In this document: positions 29,179 to 38,888 of the stretch, piece after piece
Layout: each line of letters opens with the position of its first letter
Position numbering within the stretch: the stretch's first letter is position 1
IMG/VR virus record: IMGVR_UViG_3300044878_000136
Span: 189,232 to 253,231 of that record
DNA length: 64,000 nt
From: a virus
Lineage: Duplodnaviria > Heunggongvirae > Uroviricota > Caudoviricetes
Reading direction: 5' to 3' (one strand)
The notes under the pieces: generated by a model
Told to the model about the DNA's origin: nothing
What the model saw: the letters and a program-made list of their open reading frames with translations, nothing else
The model's database searches: none
Translations under genes and position numbers: made by a program

Positions 29179-30519
29179 ATGAGCATGAGCGCTGTAACCT
29201 CCCTCAATAATCTCTCGATCGAATCGGCTGAAGTCGATTTCAACGAGCGCGTCGATAGCGAAGCTGGGTTCCGTGATCAGATCGCTAACCCGATCTTCGC
29301 CAAAGAGTACGAAGACGCCGAACTGGTGTTCTCGACTTTCAAACGCGTCAACGAACGTGGCTACGTTTGCCGCGGTGACATCGAGCCAGTCAGTCACTTG
29401 GCCGATCAGTACCCAGCGATCAAGCGCATGCTGACGCGTTACCCGATCAACAGCTTCACCGAAGAGCCTAGCCGGGTAAACTTCGAAGTGTCGAACGAGT
29501 CGATCGTTCGCTCTGTGTTGACCGCATTGAAGGAAGCCTTCTTCCGGATCATCAAGTTCCTGCGTGAGTCGCTGACTCGTGTCTGGGACAACTTGACCAG
29601 CGGTCGCAAGCGTACCGTTGAAGTCGACAAGATCGGTCCGCGGGTTACTGCGATGCAGAAGTACGTCCTCGAAGTCGACCTATTGATGATGGACAGCCAG
29701 GTCAAGGAAGATTACCTGCCTTGGCAGCGTCGCAACATCAAGTCCGCCGCTGACAACCTCAGCAAGAACTGGAACTCGTTGAAGAACAACGTGACCACCA
29801 ACCAGGCAAAGAGCAAGGAACTCGTGGGCGTATTCGTCGACACGCTGATCCTGCGTACTGTGCCGATGGCGATCATGATCGAAGAGTTCCTGACCGACCT
29901 GGGTGGTGCGAAGACTCCTGGCGATATCGGCGCAGCCGTGGCTAAAGCGCAGATGTTCAACATGACCACTCAGACCATGGCGGCATTGGCCAACCAGGTT
30001 GGATGGAAAGCGAACGGTCCTCGTGATCCACGTCTGACGCCATTCAAGAGCATGGTCAGCTTCATCTCCGGTTCCTTCCGTAGCCAGAGCAACAACCGTG
30101 TCGACCTCTCCTCCGCTCAACTCACTGCCATCATGGCAGAGCTGAAGATCGAAGGCTGGGGCGATCTGGTACCATCCGACCTGACTGACGCCCGTAAGCG
30201 CCTGGAAGGTTCGCTGCGTAAGCTGCAAGACTACGACGTGGACAAGAACCTTGATCCAGGTCTGGAGATGCACTACACCTCCATCGTGATTCCGTTCATC
30301 AACCAGGTGAGTGTGAACGTCTCGGCGTTGAATGACTTGCAGGCTTTGGCCAGCATGATCATCACCACTCGCGACTCTGCGATGCTGGACATCGCTAACG
30401 CCTGCTTGGGCGTGGTGAAAGGGATGGACAGCTTCATCAGCAAGAACCGTGACAAGCTGCCACCTGCTACCATGCTGGCGGTTACTCGTTACAAAGCCGC
30501 TGTAACTCAGTCGCTGTAA
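29179..30519 (+). CDS. head protein (gp86-like)
   Basis: LSIES and VSNES motifs, then an amphipathic LKEAFFRIIKFL helix. Confidence 0.6.
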   Translation: MSMSAVTSLNNLSIESAEVDFNERVDSEAGFRDQIANPIFAKEYEDAELVFSTFKRVNERGYVCRGDIEPVSHLADQYPAIKRMLTRYPINSFTEEPSRVNFEVSNESIVRSVLTALKEAFFRIIKFLRESLTRVWDNLTSGRKRTVEVDKIGPRVTAMQKYVLEVDLLMMDSQVKEDYLPWQRRNIKSAADNLSKNWNSLKNNVTTNQAKSKELVGVFVDTLILRTVPMAIMIEEFLTDLGGAKTPGDIGAAVAKAQMFNMTTQTMAALANQVGWKANGPRDPRLTPFKSMVSFISGSFRSQSNNRVDLSSAQLTAIMAELKIEGWGDLVPSDLTDARKRLEGSLRKLQDYDVDKNLDPGLEMHYTSIVIPFINQVSVNVSALNDLQALASMIITTRDSAMLDIANACLGVVKGMDSFISKNRDKLPPATMLAVTRYKAAVTQSL

Positions 30520-30521
30520 AC

Positions 30522-30563
30522 AGCATAGACACCCCTGGGTTTACGCCCAGGGGTGTCTATGCT
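30522..30563. terminator. bidirectional terminator, GCATA class
   Basis: 18-bp perfect stem AGCATAGACACCCCTGGG-tttacg-CCCAGGGGTGTCTATGCT. Confidence 0.85.
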
Positions 30564-30570
30564 CACCACG

Positions 30571-31041
30571 TTAGGATGGCAACGCGTTGGGGTTGTTCTT
30601 ACCCCGTCTGTTCCCTTTGGGATTCTGCTTGTTAGCAGCCATCTCCTCCAGGTTCTTACGCATCTTCTCAGCTTCCTCTTCCTCCGCCTTACGCACCTTC
30701 CTACCATCTTCCAGGAGTTTATCCAGGAACCAGCGAGGGTAGGAGAGGAGCTCAAGCAGGGAGGTGTTGGTCAACTCAGGAAGACGACACGCCACCAACT
30801 CTAAACTCATCAGTTCCAAGCGAGAACCGTTGATCGCATTTTCAGCAGGATGCATGCCGATGACCGATAAAGGATCATCGAGCATGTGGGCGTCGTGGTC
30901 GAAGATGCCGTAGTACTGATCGTACTCTTCCATCATCGACAACTGCGCCGTCCAGTCATCCTTACCCTTCCAGTTCAAGATGTTGTCCATGATTGGACTA
31001 GCACTGGCGTACGGGAATTTGTTGCGACCAAAGCCTAGCAT
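30571..31041 (-). CDS. small baseplate-assembly-like protein (T4 gp51-like, tentative)
   Basis: SLLELLSYPRWFLDKLL helix pattern; lies downstream of a gp26-like gene. Confidence 0.4.
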   Translation of the reverse strand: MLGFGRNKFPYASASPIMDNILNWKGKDDWTAQLSMMEEYDQYYGIFDHDAHMLDDPLSVIGMHPAENAINGSRLELMSLELVACRLPELTNTSLLELLSYPRWFLDKLLEDGRKVRKAEEEEAEKMRKNLEEMAANKQNPKGNRRGKNNPNALPS

Positions 31042-31076
31042 TGAAACGTGATGGTATTCACGCTTGCCTTCGAGGG

Positions 31077-32915
31077 TTACCCGCCAGCTTGCTTGACTTT
31101 GTGGTGGATTAGGGTAAAAAAAACTTCGATTGGGTTGATGCTCACGAGGTGTGGGTGCTTCGACAACGAGTCACCGGTGAGTGGGATACCGCACGAAGGG
31201 CAGGCAGACTTCGGAACCGCTACAGTGGCGAGGGTCATCGCGTTGATGAACTTCTCGATACCGTCGGCGATCTTGGCCGTCAGCTCACCATCGTCCGCGA
31301 AGGATTCCAGCAGGCGATCCAGGTCTTGGTCCGCTTGGAACTGGAGTTCGAGGTCGTTGGCTTCTTCACCTTGCAGAACACGAGTCAGCACGGTAACCAC
31401 ACCGTCAGCCGCGTTCTCGTCTTCTTCCACCACGGATTCGATCCAGTGGCTGTAGGTCATGACCATGGCGATGTTGTTGGCACGCAGCATGTAGGTCTGA
31501 CGGTCAGCCTCGTTCGCGTAGCTGGTCATCAGCACACGAGCGCGGTTGTCCATCTCGTCCATCCACGCAGTCGCCTGACGCTCGTAGTCAGCCAGCGTAG
31601 GAACACGCATCTTGACGCGCAGACCATTGCCGATGTCGATGTAACGGCTGACTTCAGGACGAATGGATTCCTGATAGGCCTTGACCGTCTTGATGTCGAC
31701 ACGGGCGGCACGCTTGGCCATCAGCGCGAACTGGTTTTCGTCAATACGGCTACGGCGCACGAACAGCATGCGGCGCAGGTTGACTTTACGAGTCAGCGTT
31801 TCACCACAACCGCCGTGAGTGGTCAAGCATGGACGGTCGAGGTTGTAGCCATCCGGAAAGATGGTTGCCGCGCAGGCCAGTGTCAGAGGCTCGAGGTCGG
31901 TCAACAGGATGACCTTCTTCAGCTCTTCCACGTTGGTGGTGCCGATGGTGGACTTGGTCACGAAACCGAGGATGAAGTCAGCCACGGCTTTGTTCAGGTA
32001 CACCGACGAAGCCGAGTACACCAGGCCGTTGGAATCACGCGCCATGGCGATCTTCTCATCCAGCAGCGATGTTTCCAAACGCAGTTGGCTGAGGACCGGT
32101 GGACCTTCCAGCGTCAGGTGCATACCCGTGTGCCACAGGACCGCGTTACCTTCGGTTGCCAGACCCAGCTTGCCACGAATCCGCATTACCGGGTCGTTGC
32201 TCTTGGCCGGGTTGTTCGCCGTGATGGCGATCTTCTGGTCACCGTTGGTCGGCAGGTTGTTCCAGGTGTCTTCGCCTTCGAAGATCTTGTAACCGAAGCC
32301 CACGCGCAGGGACTTGGTGTACGAGGAAACGTTGTTAACCGCTTCCATTTCTTCACGGGTCAGGAACACGGTACGCTGATCCATGTCCACCGGGGTGAAC
32401 GGATGGCGTTGACCAGTCTTGACGATGGCGTGACGATTCTTCTGAGCAGCGAAGATGCGACCGTAGATACCACGACGGATCACTTCCAGCTCATCGGCCT
32501 CGAAGTTCGATAGTGCCATGGAGCCTAGGTGTTTGATCGCACCGTCTTCGAGAACCGGAAGGGATTCTTCACAGTTCAGACGGTTGATCAGCTCACCTGC
32601 CCAGGGTGCCTTGACAGTAGGTGCTGCCTCCGCCTCTGGTTCCTCAGCAGCCGGTGCTTGCGCCGGAGCCTCTGCACTGGGAGCTGCTTCAGACGCCGGC
32701 CACTCGTGACCGTCTTTCGGGAATGCGTCTGAAGCAGCCGGCAGACCTTCAACTGCGGCAAAGAACTCACCGGTCAGTGGGCGCGTAGGTTGGAGTTCAG
32801 CCTCCTCAGCCGCTGGGAGGGTGGGCTCTTTTGGGATGGTTTCCCATTGGACGTTTTGTCCGTCCCCAACGGAACCTGTTGGCTCGTCGACGGGGGTTCC
32901 TTGTTCATCGCTCAT
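31077..32915 (-). CDS. baseplate hub-like protein (T4 gp26-like, tentative) with an acidic N-terminal tail
   Basis: IFPDGY..RPC....C and C-terminal CPSCG; pairing with the downstream small gene. Confidence 0.45.
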   Translation of the reverse strand: MSDEQGTPVDEPTGSVGDGQNVQWETIPKEPTLPAAEEAELQPTRPLTGEFFAAVEGLPAASDAFPKDGHEWPASEAAPSAEAPAQAPAAEEPEAEAAPTVKAPWAGELINRLNCEESLPVLEDGAIKHLGSMALSNFEADELEVIRRGIYGRIFAAQKNRHAIVKTGQRHPFTPVDMDQRTVFLTREEMEAVNNVSSYTKSLRVGFGYKIFEGEDTWNNLPTNGDQKIAITANNPAKSNDPVMRIRGKLGLATEGNAVLWHTGMHLTLEGPPVLSQLRLETSLLDEKIAMARDSNGLVYSASSVYLNKAVADFILGFVTKSTIGTTNVEELKKVILLTDLEPLTLACAATIFPDGYNLDRPCLTTHGGCGETLTRKVNLRRMLFVRRSRIDENQFALMAKRAARVDIKTVKAYQESIRPEVSRYIDIGNGLRVKMRVPTLADYERQATAWMDEMDNRARVLMTSYANEADRQTYMLRANNIAMVMTYSHWIESVVEEDENAADGVVTVLTRVLQGEEANDLELQFQADQDLDRLLESFADDGELTAKIADGIEKFINAMTLATVAVPKSACPSCGIPLTGDSLSKHPHLVSINPIEVFFTLIHHKVKQAGG

Positions 32916-33442
32916 TCGCTTCTCACTTCAGCAGGTGTTGGAGCTTGGTAGGCGGCTACGATGGCCAGCATCGTTTCCAAACCTTTCAAGGTGTGGTTCG
33001 CCAACTGGCGCGAGGCCAGCTTGCGTTTCTGACTTTCTGGCGCCCAAGGTTGCAGGCGAGCACCAGTGAGGTTCACGAAGGACACCGCCACGGTGCCGTC
33101 GAACGCGGTACCTGGCAATGAGGTAATTAGAGCGATCGTGTGGTTACCGATCTCAATACCCTTGATGATCACTTCGTGTGGTTCAATACGCACCACAGCC
33201 TGGGCGTTAACCATCTCCAGGAAAGCATCCACCGACGTGGTCATTGGACCGATGGTGGTTTCTGGAGTGATGTGATTCGAGCCGATGACACGGACCAAAG
33301 AAGCGGTCAATGGTTTCTCATCGAGTTCGAAGATCGCAGCGACCTCAGTAACCAAAGCTTTGGTCAGACTGTTCAGGAGCTTCTCCGGCACGGGAGTAGA
33401 CACCTGGGGCAGGACGCTGTATGACACTTTCTTTTTAGACAT
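32912..33442 (-). CDS. hypothetical protein (176 aa)
   Basis: Overlapping operon member. Confidence 0.7.
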   Translation of the reverse strand: MSKKKVSYSVLPQVSTPVPEKLLNSLTKALVTEVAAIFELDEKPLTASLVRVIGSNHITPETTIGPMTTSVDAFLEMVNAQAVVRIEPHEVIIKGIEIGNHTIALITSLPGTAFDGTVAVSFVNLTGARLQPWAPESQKRKLASRQLANHTLKGLETMLAIVAAYQAPTPAEVRSE

Positions 33443-33899
33443 TAGCTGGCTCGGCGGGTTTATTGAGGATCTCTTCGTAGTCGCTAGCGGACTTGCTGAG
33501 CGTCGACGTAATGCGATCGTTGAGGTCGATGTACTTCAGACCTGTCATGGTCAAGTCCATGTGATGCTTGGACAAGTCCTTCTTCTTTGCGGGCGGGTTG
33601 TTGACGATCTTGTCGAACTCGGTGTCGAGCTCGGCGCGTTCTGCGCTGAACTTGTCGAAGTCCTGAGCGATGGTTGTGCCCAAGGCTAGGATTTTCTTCA
33701 CGTCCCCGGAACGCCCTTGCTCTTGCAGAGTCTTGAGCGAGTTAGGCATCTGAACGATCGGTTCAGCAGCAGCGCGTAGGGACAGCGAAACGGAGTCTTT
33801 CAGGCCGCGAGTTGCTTCCTCGGCTTCGTTGATAGACTTCTTGTGATCGACATCCGACGTACGGTATGAAGGCGAGCGCTTCGAGGACATGTTGTCCAC
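33435..33899 (-). CDS. hypothetical coiled-coil protein (154 aa)
   Basis: First gene of the minus-strand operon; GAGG SD. Confidence 0.7.
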   Translation of the reverse strand: MDNMSSKRSPSYRTSDVDHKKSINEAEEATRGLKDSVSLSLRAAAEPIVQMPNSLKTLQEQGRSGDVKKILALGTTIAQDFDKFSAERAELDTEFDKIVNNPPAKKKDLSKHHMDLTMTGLKYIDLNDRITSTLSKSASDYEEILNKPAEPANV

Positions 33900-34004
33900 C
33901 TCGTGATTATGGTCTGAGTCTTAGACGCAGTACCTCAAGTTGATTAATACGACCTATATAAAGGATCGTTAGTATATTTTATTACATTCTGAACAGGAGT
34001 CATC

Positions 34005-34901
34005 ATGACCGACGCGCTTATTGAAGCCGACACCGACGATGCGTCCCAAACACTTATCGCGGCGTTAGCCTACGGTCAGTGCTCCCCGGAATTGCAATCG
34101 AGCTACAGCCGGTTGGCATCCATCCTCAACGATGTGAACTTCACAGGTCATATTGATGAGCTCGATCTGTTGTTCGCTCTGGTCAACGATCACAATATCG
34201 ACACCACCGAAGTTATCCCGTCCATCGACGCGATCTTCCGTGTAGCAGCCGAACGCTGCCTGCAATCGATTGGCGTTGAGCTGGATGGCGACACCCCTCT
34301 GGCAATGCTGGAAGACGCACTCAGCACGCTGTTGCAGTTTGACCCAACCGATGCACCCGCTGTGTTCGTTGGGATTGTCGATGCGTCGGAAGATGACGTA
34401 GAGGCCTTACTATCAATTCTCGCCTATGTAGGAAATTACGATGAAGAGACTTGGTTCCCGTACATCGTTGACGTCAGTGAGAACACGGTTCGTCGCATCC
34501 GTGAAATCTCTACCAAAGAAGATCAGCGCATACAGTCCAAAGAGGATACTGTCAACCCTGATGAGCTGAACCAGCGTGTAGCGCGCATGGCGGCGCTTCG
34601 TCCTGACAGCCTAGGCGTTGAGCTGGCTCGTGACAACATCGGCGTAGGCGCGTCCATGGAGAGCCTGTACGGCTGCCATGTGGAACGTCTGATCGATCTG
34701 TCCACAGAACAGGCTGTGATCGAGTTGTTCTCCCTCGCGGCTATCTCCAACGAGAGTTACGACAAGCTGGAGCAATCCATCTCCGTGGCACTTGATGACC
34801 TCTGCTTTGAGATGGATGACCGTCGTAAGGCAGAACAGCTTCGGGTGAACATGATGAAGTCGTACCGTCCAATCTTCGGTATCGAAAATGAAAAGATTTG
34901 A
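34005..34901 (+). CDS. conserved acidic protein (gp81-like)
   Basis: AGGAG SD; overlaps the RNAP subunit gene. Confidence 0.7.
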   Translation: MTDALIEADTDDASQTLIAALAYGQCSPELQSSYSRLASILNDVNFTGHIDELDLLFALVNDHNIDTTEVIPSIDAIFRVAAERCLQSIGVELDGDTPLAMLEDALSTLLQFDPTDAPAVFVGIVDASEDDVEALLSILAYVGNYDEETWFPYIVDVSENTVRRIREISTKEDQRIQSKEDTVNPDELNQRVARMAALRPDSLGVELARDNIGVGASMESLYGCHVERLIDLSTEQAVIELFSLAAISNESYDKLEQSISVALDDLCFEMDDRRKAEQLRVNMMKSYRPIFGIENEKI

Positions 34902-36186
34902 TTACTTCACTCAGGCGTTGCGGGCTAAGGCTCACTACAACCGTGAGTGGGTGCTGCGGGCGATGTCCGTCGTACTGACCCCACCGAAAGAAGACACGCC
35001 TTGGTCGTTGCGTCAAACCAAGACCGGGGTGGAAGTCTACGTACCGGATGTGGGTAGCGTGGATGACAAGTGGCACTGGGAAGTGTTGGAAGGCGTAGGG
35101 GCTTACGAGATTCCCTTCGTCTACCATGACTGGGCTGGTGCACTGAAACCAGGTGATGTCGAGAACGTGATCGATCCTATCGACAACACGACCTGGGGCG
35201 ACATCCTCTTCAACAGCCGGGTATTGGTCTACTCTTGCGGTGACCTGATTCCTTACGTGTTGGGTCCGGTGAACCTCGGTAACATCGAGGACCGTATCGC
35301 CAAGAAGATGATCGACAACCCCAAGCCGGGCGAAGAACATGTGGCTGGTCAGATGTACGTCTACCACTATATGCGTTTCGGTAAGGCCGTGGGCGACTTG
35401 GCTGGTTACGAGCTGTTCGTTCCATCGGTGACTGAGCGGGCGTTGCAGCCTCCGCCTAACCGTAACGAGCTGCGTGACAGTCTGCTCGAGCAATACAAAG
35501 GCCAGCTGGAAGATCCGGTCGTACAGACCAAGATCCAGACGGCCATGGTGGACTCCTACAAGGAATGGATCAAAGACGACCCATCCGAGGGCTTCATCTA
35601 CAAGAACAAGTCGATCAACACCGCACTCAAGCGGATGTTCCTTATCCACGGTCCAGAAGCTGGATTCGAGGAGGGTGGTCGGGCAACGTTGGTAATAAAT
35701 TCCCTCGAGGAAGGTATCGACACCTCGCACTACCCAACCATGGTGAACTCACTCCGTGCCGGTTCCTACTACCGGGGTGCGTTGACTGCATTGGCTGGTG
35801 AAGACGTTGACTTGATGGCTCGGGTATTCCAGAACGCTCGGATCCTCTCCGACTTCTGTGGTACCAAAGAGACCTACGACGTGAAGGTGACGAAGGATTA
35901 CATCGGTCGTACACTCAACGTCAACGGCAAGATGGTCAAGGTCTCCGAAGAGAACCTCCCTGAGTTCCAGGGTAAGATCCTCGGGATGTACTCCTCCAGC
36001 TACTGCAAGTCCACACGCAGTGACGTGTGCTCTGTCTGCGCTGGCGATAAGCTGGCAGCCTTCCCTGAATCGATGGGTTCGATGGTCGGTGACATCCCTT
36101 CTACTATGATGCTCGTAATGATGGGATCGGCACACGCCAAAGAGCTGAAGACCACTCCTATCGATATCGATAACTTCTTGAGGTAA
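34888..36186 (+). CDS. virion RNA polymerase beta' subunit, middle/C part (phiKZ gp80-like)
   Basis: RAGSYYRG..TALAGE (bridge-helix-like), DFCGT, and the CKS...VCSVCAG zinc site. Confidence 0.8.
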   Translation: MKRFDYFTQALRAKAHYNREWVLRAMSVVLTPPKEDTPWSLRQTKTGVEVYVPDVGSVDDKWHWEVLEGVGAYEIPFVYHDWAGALKPGDVENVIDPIDNTTWGDILFNSRVLVYSCGDLIPYVLGPVNLGNIEDRIAKKMIDNPKPGEEHVAGQMYVYHYMRFGKAVGDLAGYELFVPSVTERALQPPPNRNELRDSLLEQYKGQLEDPVVQTKIQTAMVDSYKEWIKDDPSEGFIYKNKSINTALKRMFLIHGPEAGFEEGGRATLVINSLEEGIDTSHYPTMVNSLRAGSYYRGALTALAGEDVDLMARVFQNARILSDFCGTKETYDVKVTKDYIGRTLNVNGKMVKVSEENLPEFQGKILGMYSSSYCKSTRSDVCSVCAGDKLAAFPESMGSMVGDIPSTMMLVMMGSAHAKELKTTPIDIDNFLR

Positions 36187-36190
36187 TCTC

Positions 36191-37867
36191 ATGGCTACTA
36201 ACAAAACCATCCGTCGCCAACAAGCTGCCGCTGCACTGGCTGCTGAACAGGCGCCTAACCTCGAAACCGCTGAAGAGGTGACTGGTGATGCACTCGATAC
36301 GTCGTCCGAATCCGAAGTTTCGGGATCTGTTGTCATTGATCAAGACACGGGACTTGTGGAAGGGGATCAGCCGGCTGCGGACACCGCCGAAGGATCCGAC
36401 GCGCCACAAGCGATCACCGAACAGCCGGAAGGTCTGGTAGGCGACGAATCCGACGGTCCTGCCGTACAGTTCCTGGAAAACGACGAAGGTCGTGAACTGG
36501 CTACTCGTGACGGTCTGGTGGTCAGCGATCGTGGTCTGACTGAGTTCGTGACTCCGGTTGACGAATTACCACATCTGCCAGAGACTCCGGTTTCGGAAGA
36601 AGAGCAAGCAGCCTCTACCGCTACCCTGCTGGAACAGGAACCGCAACCTGAGCCAGAAGCTCCAGCTGTTGACGTCGCTCAAGTCCTGGCTGACCGTACC
36701 GTCAAAGACATGTTCGACGGTGCTGACGAAGCGACCACTCCCGTGGGTGCCGCTGTGGGCGTGGTGGTTGCTGCGCTGGAAGAGTCGGTTGAAGACGAGC
36801 AGGCGGCTCTGGTTGCTCCTGAGCCAGAGGTGGTTGAGCCTGTCGCAGAAGCACCTGTAGTTGAAGAAGGTACTGAGGTGGATTACACCACCTACACCAC
36901 CGCTCAACTGCGTATGGCGCTGGCTCCGGCCGTGGGTAAGATCCCATCGGAAGCCTGGTCCCGTGAAGACATGCTCCTGTACCTTCTGAAAGGTGTGTAT
37001 CCACAGAAGACCGGCCGCAACAACTGGATCTACGACGCCCGTCGCGCTCACCGTGTGAAGACCTGGACTCACACCGAGATCCTCGACTTCATCGAAGGTA
37101 AGCTGAAGCTCGACCCACACGTCGTCGAAGAAGAAGTCTGGGAAGAAGCCTACGCTCGCTACAAGGTTCCAGCCAGCTGGACCATCGATGCGTTCAAGGA
37201 ATATGTATGTAACGGATCTGTTCCCGAATATACCGCCAGCGGCCTTTTGGTCAATGATCGTCAGCGCGATCAGAAGAAGCCTGGTCACTTGACCTTCCGC
37301 GAAATCCGCGGTGCATTGCTGGGTCACATCCAGACCAAGTTCACCCACCAGGAACTCCTGTCCCAGTACCGCAAACGCTTGGGCATCAGCGAGTCCTACA
37401 GCGAAGAGCGTCTCCTTGCCGAGATGCCTAATCAACCCGATGAGGTTTCCATGAACAACACGATTCTCCGCGCCAAGCTCGACGAGTACAAAACGGCGAT
37501 CACCAAGAACTCCGGCACTCAGACCGAGCAGACTGCGGGCGAATGCCAAGGCATGCTGTACAAGGCCGTGCGCGAAGTACTCAAGCGCGAGTTCAACGAG
37601 TTCGTTGAAGGCTGGAACATCATCCTGGACTTCGTGAACGAGAACTACACCGCTCTGTTCGCGCCTGAGAAGGCTCGCCGTGGCTGGTCGCAAGTAGCGC
37701 TGGGCAAATCCCAACTGCAATTGTTCGAAGACCTGCTGACCGTCCTGATCGCTACCCGCGAGCCGGGCAACCGTGCGAAGAAGCAGACCTACAACCTGGA
37801 AATCGTCCTGCGCCACCTGCCGGAAGAAAACCAGCGTCAGAATCTGTTCATGTACTACGCTCAGTAA
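36191..37867 (+). CDS. conserved protein (gp79-like) with a long acidic N-terminal region
   Basis: Follows the gp80-like gene; E/A/P/V-rich first 230 aa or so, folded C-terminal half. Confidence 0.65.
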   Translation: MATNKTIRRQQAAAALAAEQAPNLETAEEVTGDALDTSSESEVSGSVVIDQDTGLVEGDQPAADTAEGSDAPQAITEQPEGLVGDESDGPAVQFLENDEGRELATRDGLVVSDRGLTEFVTPVDELPHLPETPVSEEEQAASTATLLEQEPQPEPEAPAVDVAQVLADRTVKDMFDGADEATTPVGAAVGVVVAALEESVEDEQAALVAPEPEVVEPVAEAPVVEEGTEVDYTTYTTAQLRMALAPAVGKIPSEAWSREDMLLYLLKGVYPQKTGRNNWIYDARRAHRVKTWTHTEILDFIEGKLKLDPHVVEEEVWEEAYARYKVPASWTIDAFKEYVCNGSVPEYTASGLLVNDRQRDQKKPGHLTFREIRGALLGHIQTKFTHQELLSQYRKRLGISESYSEERLLAEMPNQPDEVSMNNTILRAKLDEYKTAITKNSGTQTEQTAGECQGMLYKAVREVLKREFNEFVEGWNIILDFVNENYTALFAPEKARRGWSQVALGKSQLQLFEDLLTVLIATREPGNRAKKQTYNLEIVLRHLPEENQRQNLFMYYAQ

Positions 37868-37882
37868 CACAAAAAAAAGAAG

Positions 37883-37918
37883 GCATACAGCCAGGGCATG
37901 GAAGCCCTGGCTGTATGC
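37883..37918. terminator. bidirectional terminator, GCATA class
   Basis: 15-bp perfect stem GCATACAGCCAGGGC-atggaa-GCCCTGGCTGTATGC. Confidence 0.85.
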
Positions 37919-37927
37919 TGCTAACGT

Positions 37928-38503
37928 TTACTTGTACCAAGGTTCCATGGTTTTATCCAGACTCTGAATGTGGTCAGCCATGTTATTAACGATGACAGGG
38001 GCCGTCAGCGCAAAGCCCATGCAGAAGTAGCCGAGCCACAGTTTCCACATCTCAGGATCCTTGACGTTGTCAAGCGACGCACCTGGGAAGTGGTCATGGA
38101 CGTAGAAGAACGCGGCCATGAAGTCCATCAGGTATTTGTGCTCGGCGTTGAGTGGAACCAGCAGTACGATGTCGCTGTTGGTGTAGCCGAGTTTGGTCTT
38201 CAGCGTCTGTGGCTTGATCTTGGAGCTTGCGAAGGCTTGATAGTCCTTCAGAGGCGTTGGGTCGGCCTCCAAGGCCGTATGGGTAGTGACGACCAATTCC
38301 ATACCCAGGTAGTCTCTGGCCACGCGGATAGGACCGTACTTGGCGAACAGGTAATGGAACTGACTGGTTACCACGACGGCTGGGTCAACTCGACCAGCCA
38401 GGCGCTTCTTACCAATCGGGTGGTGGTAGTAGTTAGCGGAGTTGATGCGGATGGTTTCAGTGCGACCATTGTGGATAAGGCGGTGCAATACTTCACGAGA
38501 CAT
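37928..38503 (-). CDS. hypothetical protein, possibly a stand-alone fragment homologous to phiKZ-type RNAP beta N subunits
   Basis: HYLFAKYG, FFYVHDHFP, WKLWLG and HIQSLD recall motifs of the gp123/gp178 family (from memory, unverified). Confidence 0.45.
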   Translation of the reverse strand: MSREVLHRLIHNGRTETIRINSANYYHHPIGKKRLAGRVDPAVVVTSQFHYLFAKYGPIRVARDYLGMELVVTTHTALEADPTPLKDYQAFASSKIKPQTLKTKLGYTNSDIVLLVPLNAEHKYLMDFMAAFFYVHDHFPGASLDNVKDPEMWKLWLGYFCMGFALTAPVIVNNMADHIQSLDKTMEPWYK

Positions 38504-38513
38504 AATGGATTCC

Positions 38514-38888
38514 TTAACGTTTGCGACTAAGACGCTTGACTTGACCTAAGCGGCCTATCTGAGGGTTGTTGCTGGGAGTCGGTGGGATGACACCACGACG
38601 CATTAATGCATCGCCGCTGTAGTCGCCACCTATGCGGCGCATGGCCGCAGTATCCTTGACATCGAGAGCGAACAGGTTCTCGATTAGAGATGGATCAAAT
38701 ACGTGGTTGTTGTTGTCGGTGACCTTCTTGGCTTCTGCCAGTACGTCATCGATCGTCTGCTCACCGATACTCACCAGGATCTGGCGGTTCGGGTTTTCCT
38801 TAACGATGTCAAGGAGGCATTTCAAATCCTCACCTTCTTTGAGGTGGACCAAGACCATCGTGCTGGCGATCTCGCGTACTTCAGGCAT
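38514..38888 (-). CDS. hypothetical protein (124 aa)
   Basis: Operon member. Confidence 0.65.
   Translation of the reverse strand: MPEVREIASTMVLVHLKEGEDLKCLLDIVKENPNRQILVSIGEQTIDDVLAEAKKVTDNNNHVFDPSLIENLFALDVKDTAAMRRIGGDYSGDALMRRGVIPPTPSNNPQIGRLGQVKRLSRKR

Noticed and set aside
33900-34004. AT-rich divergent intergenic region (TATATTTTATTACATT) as a promoter
   Set aside because: It probably contains promoters, but it does not match the bipartite motif well enough to place one.
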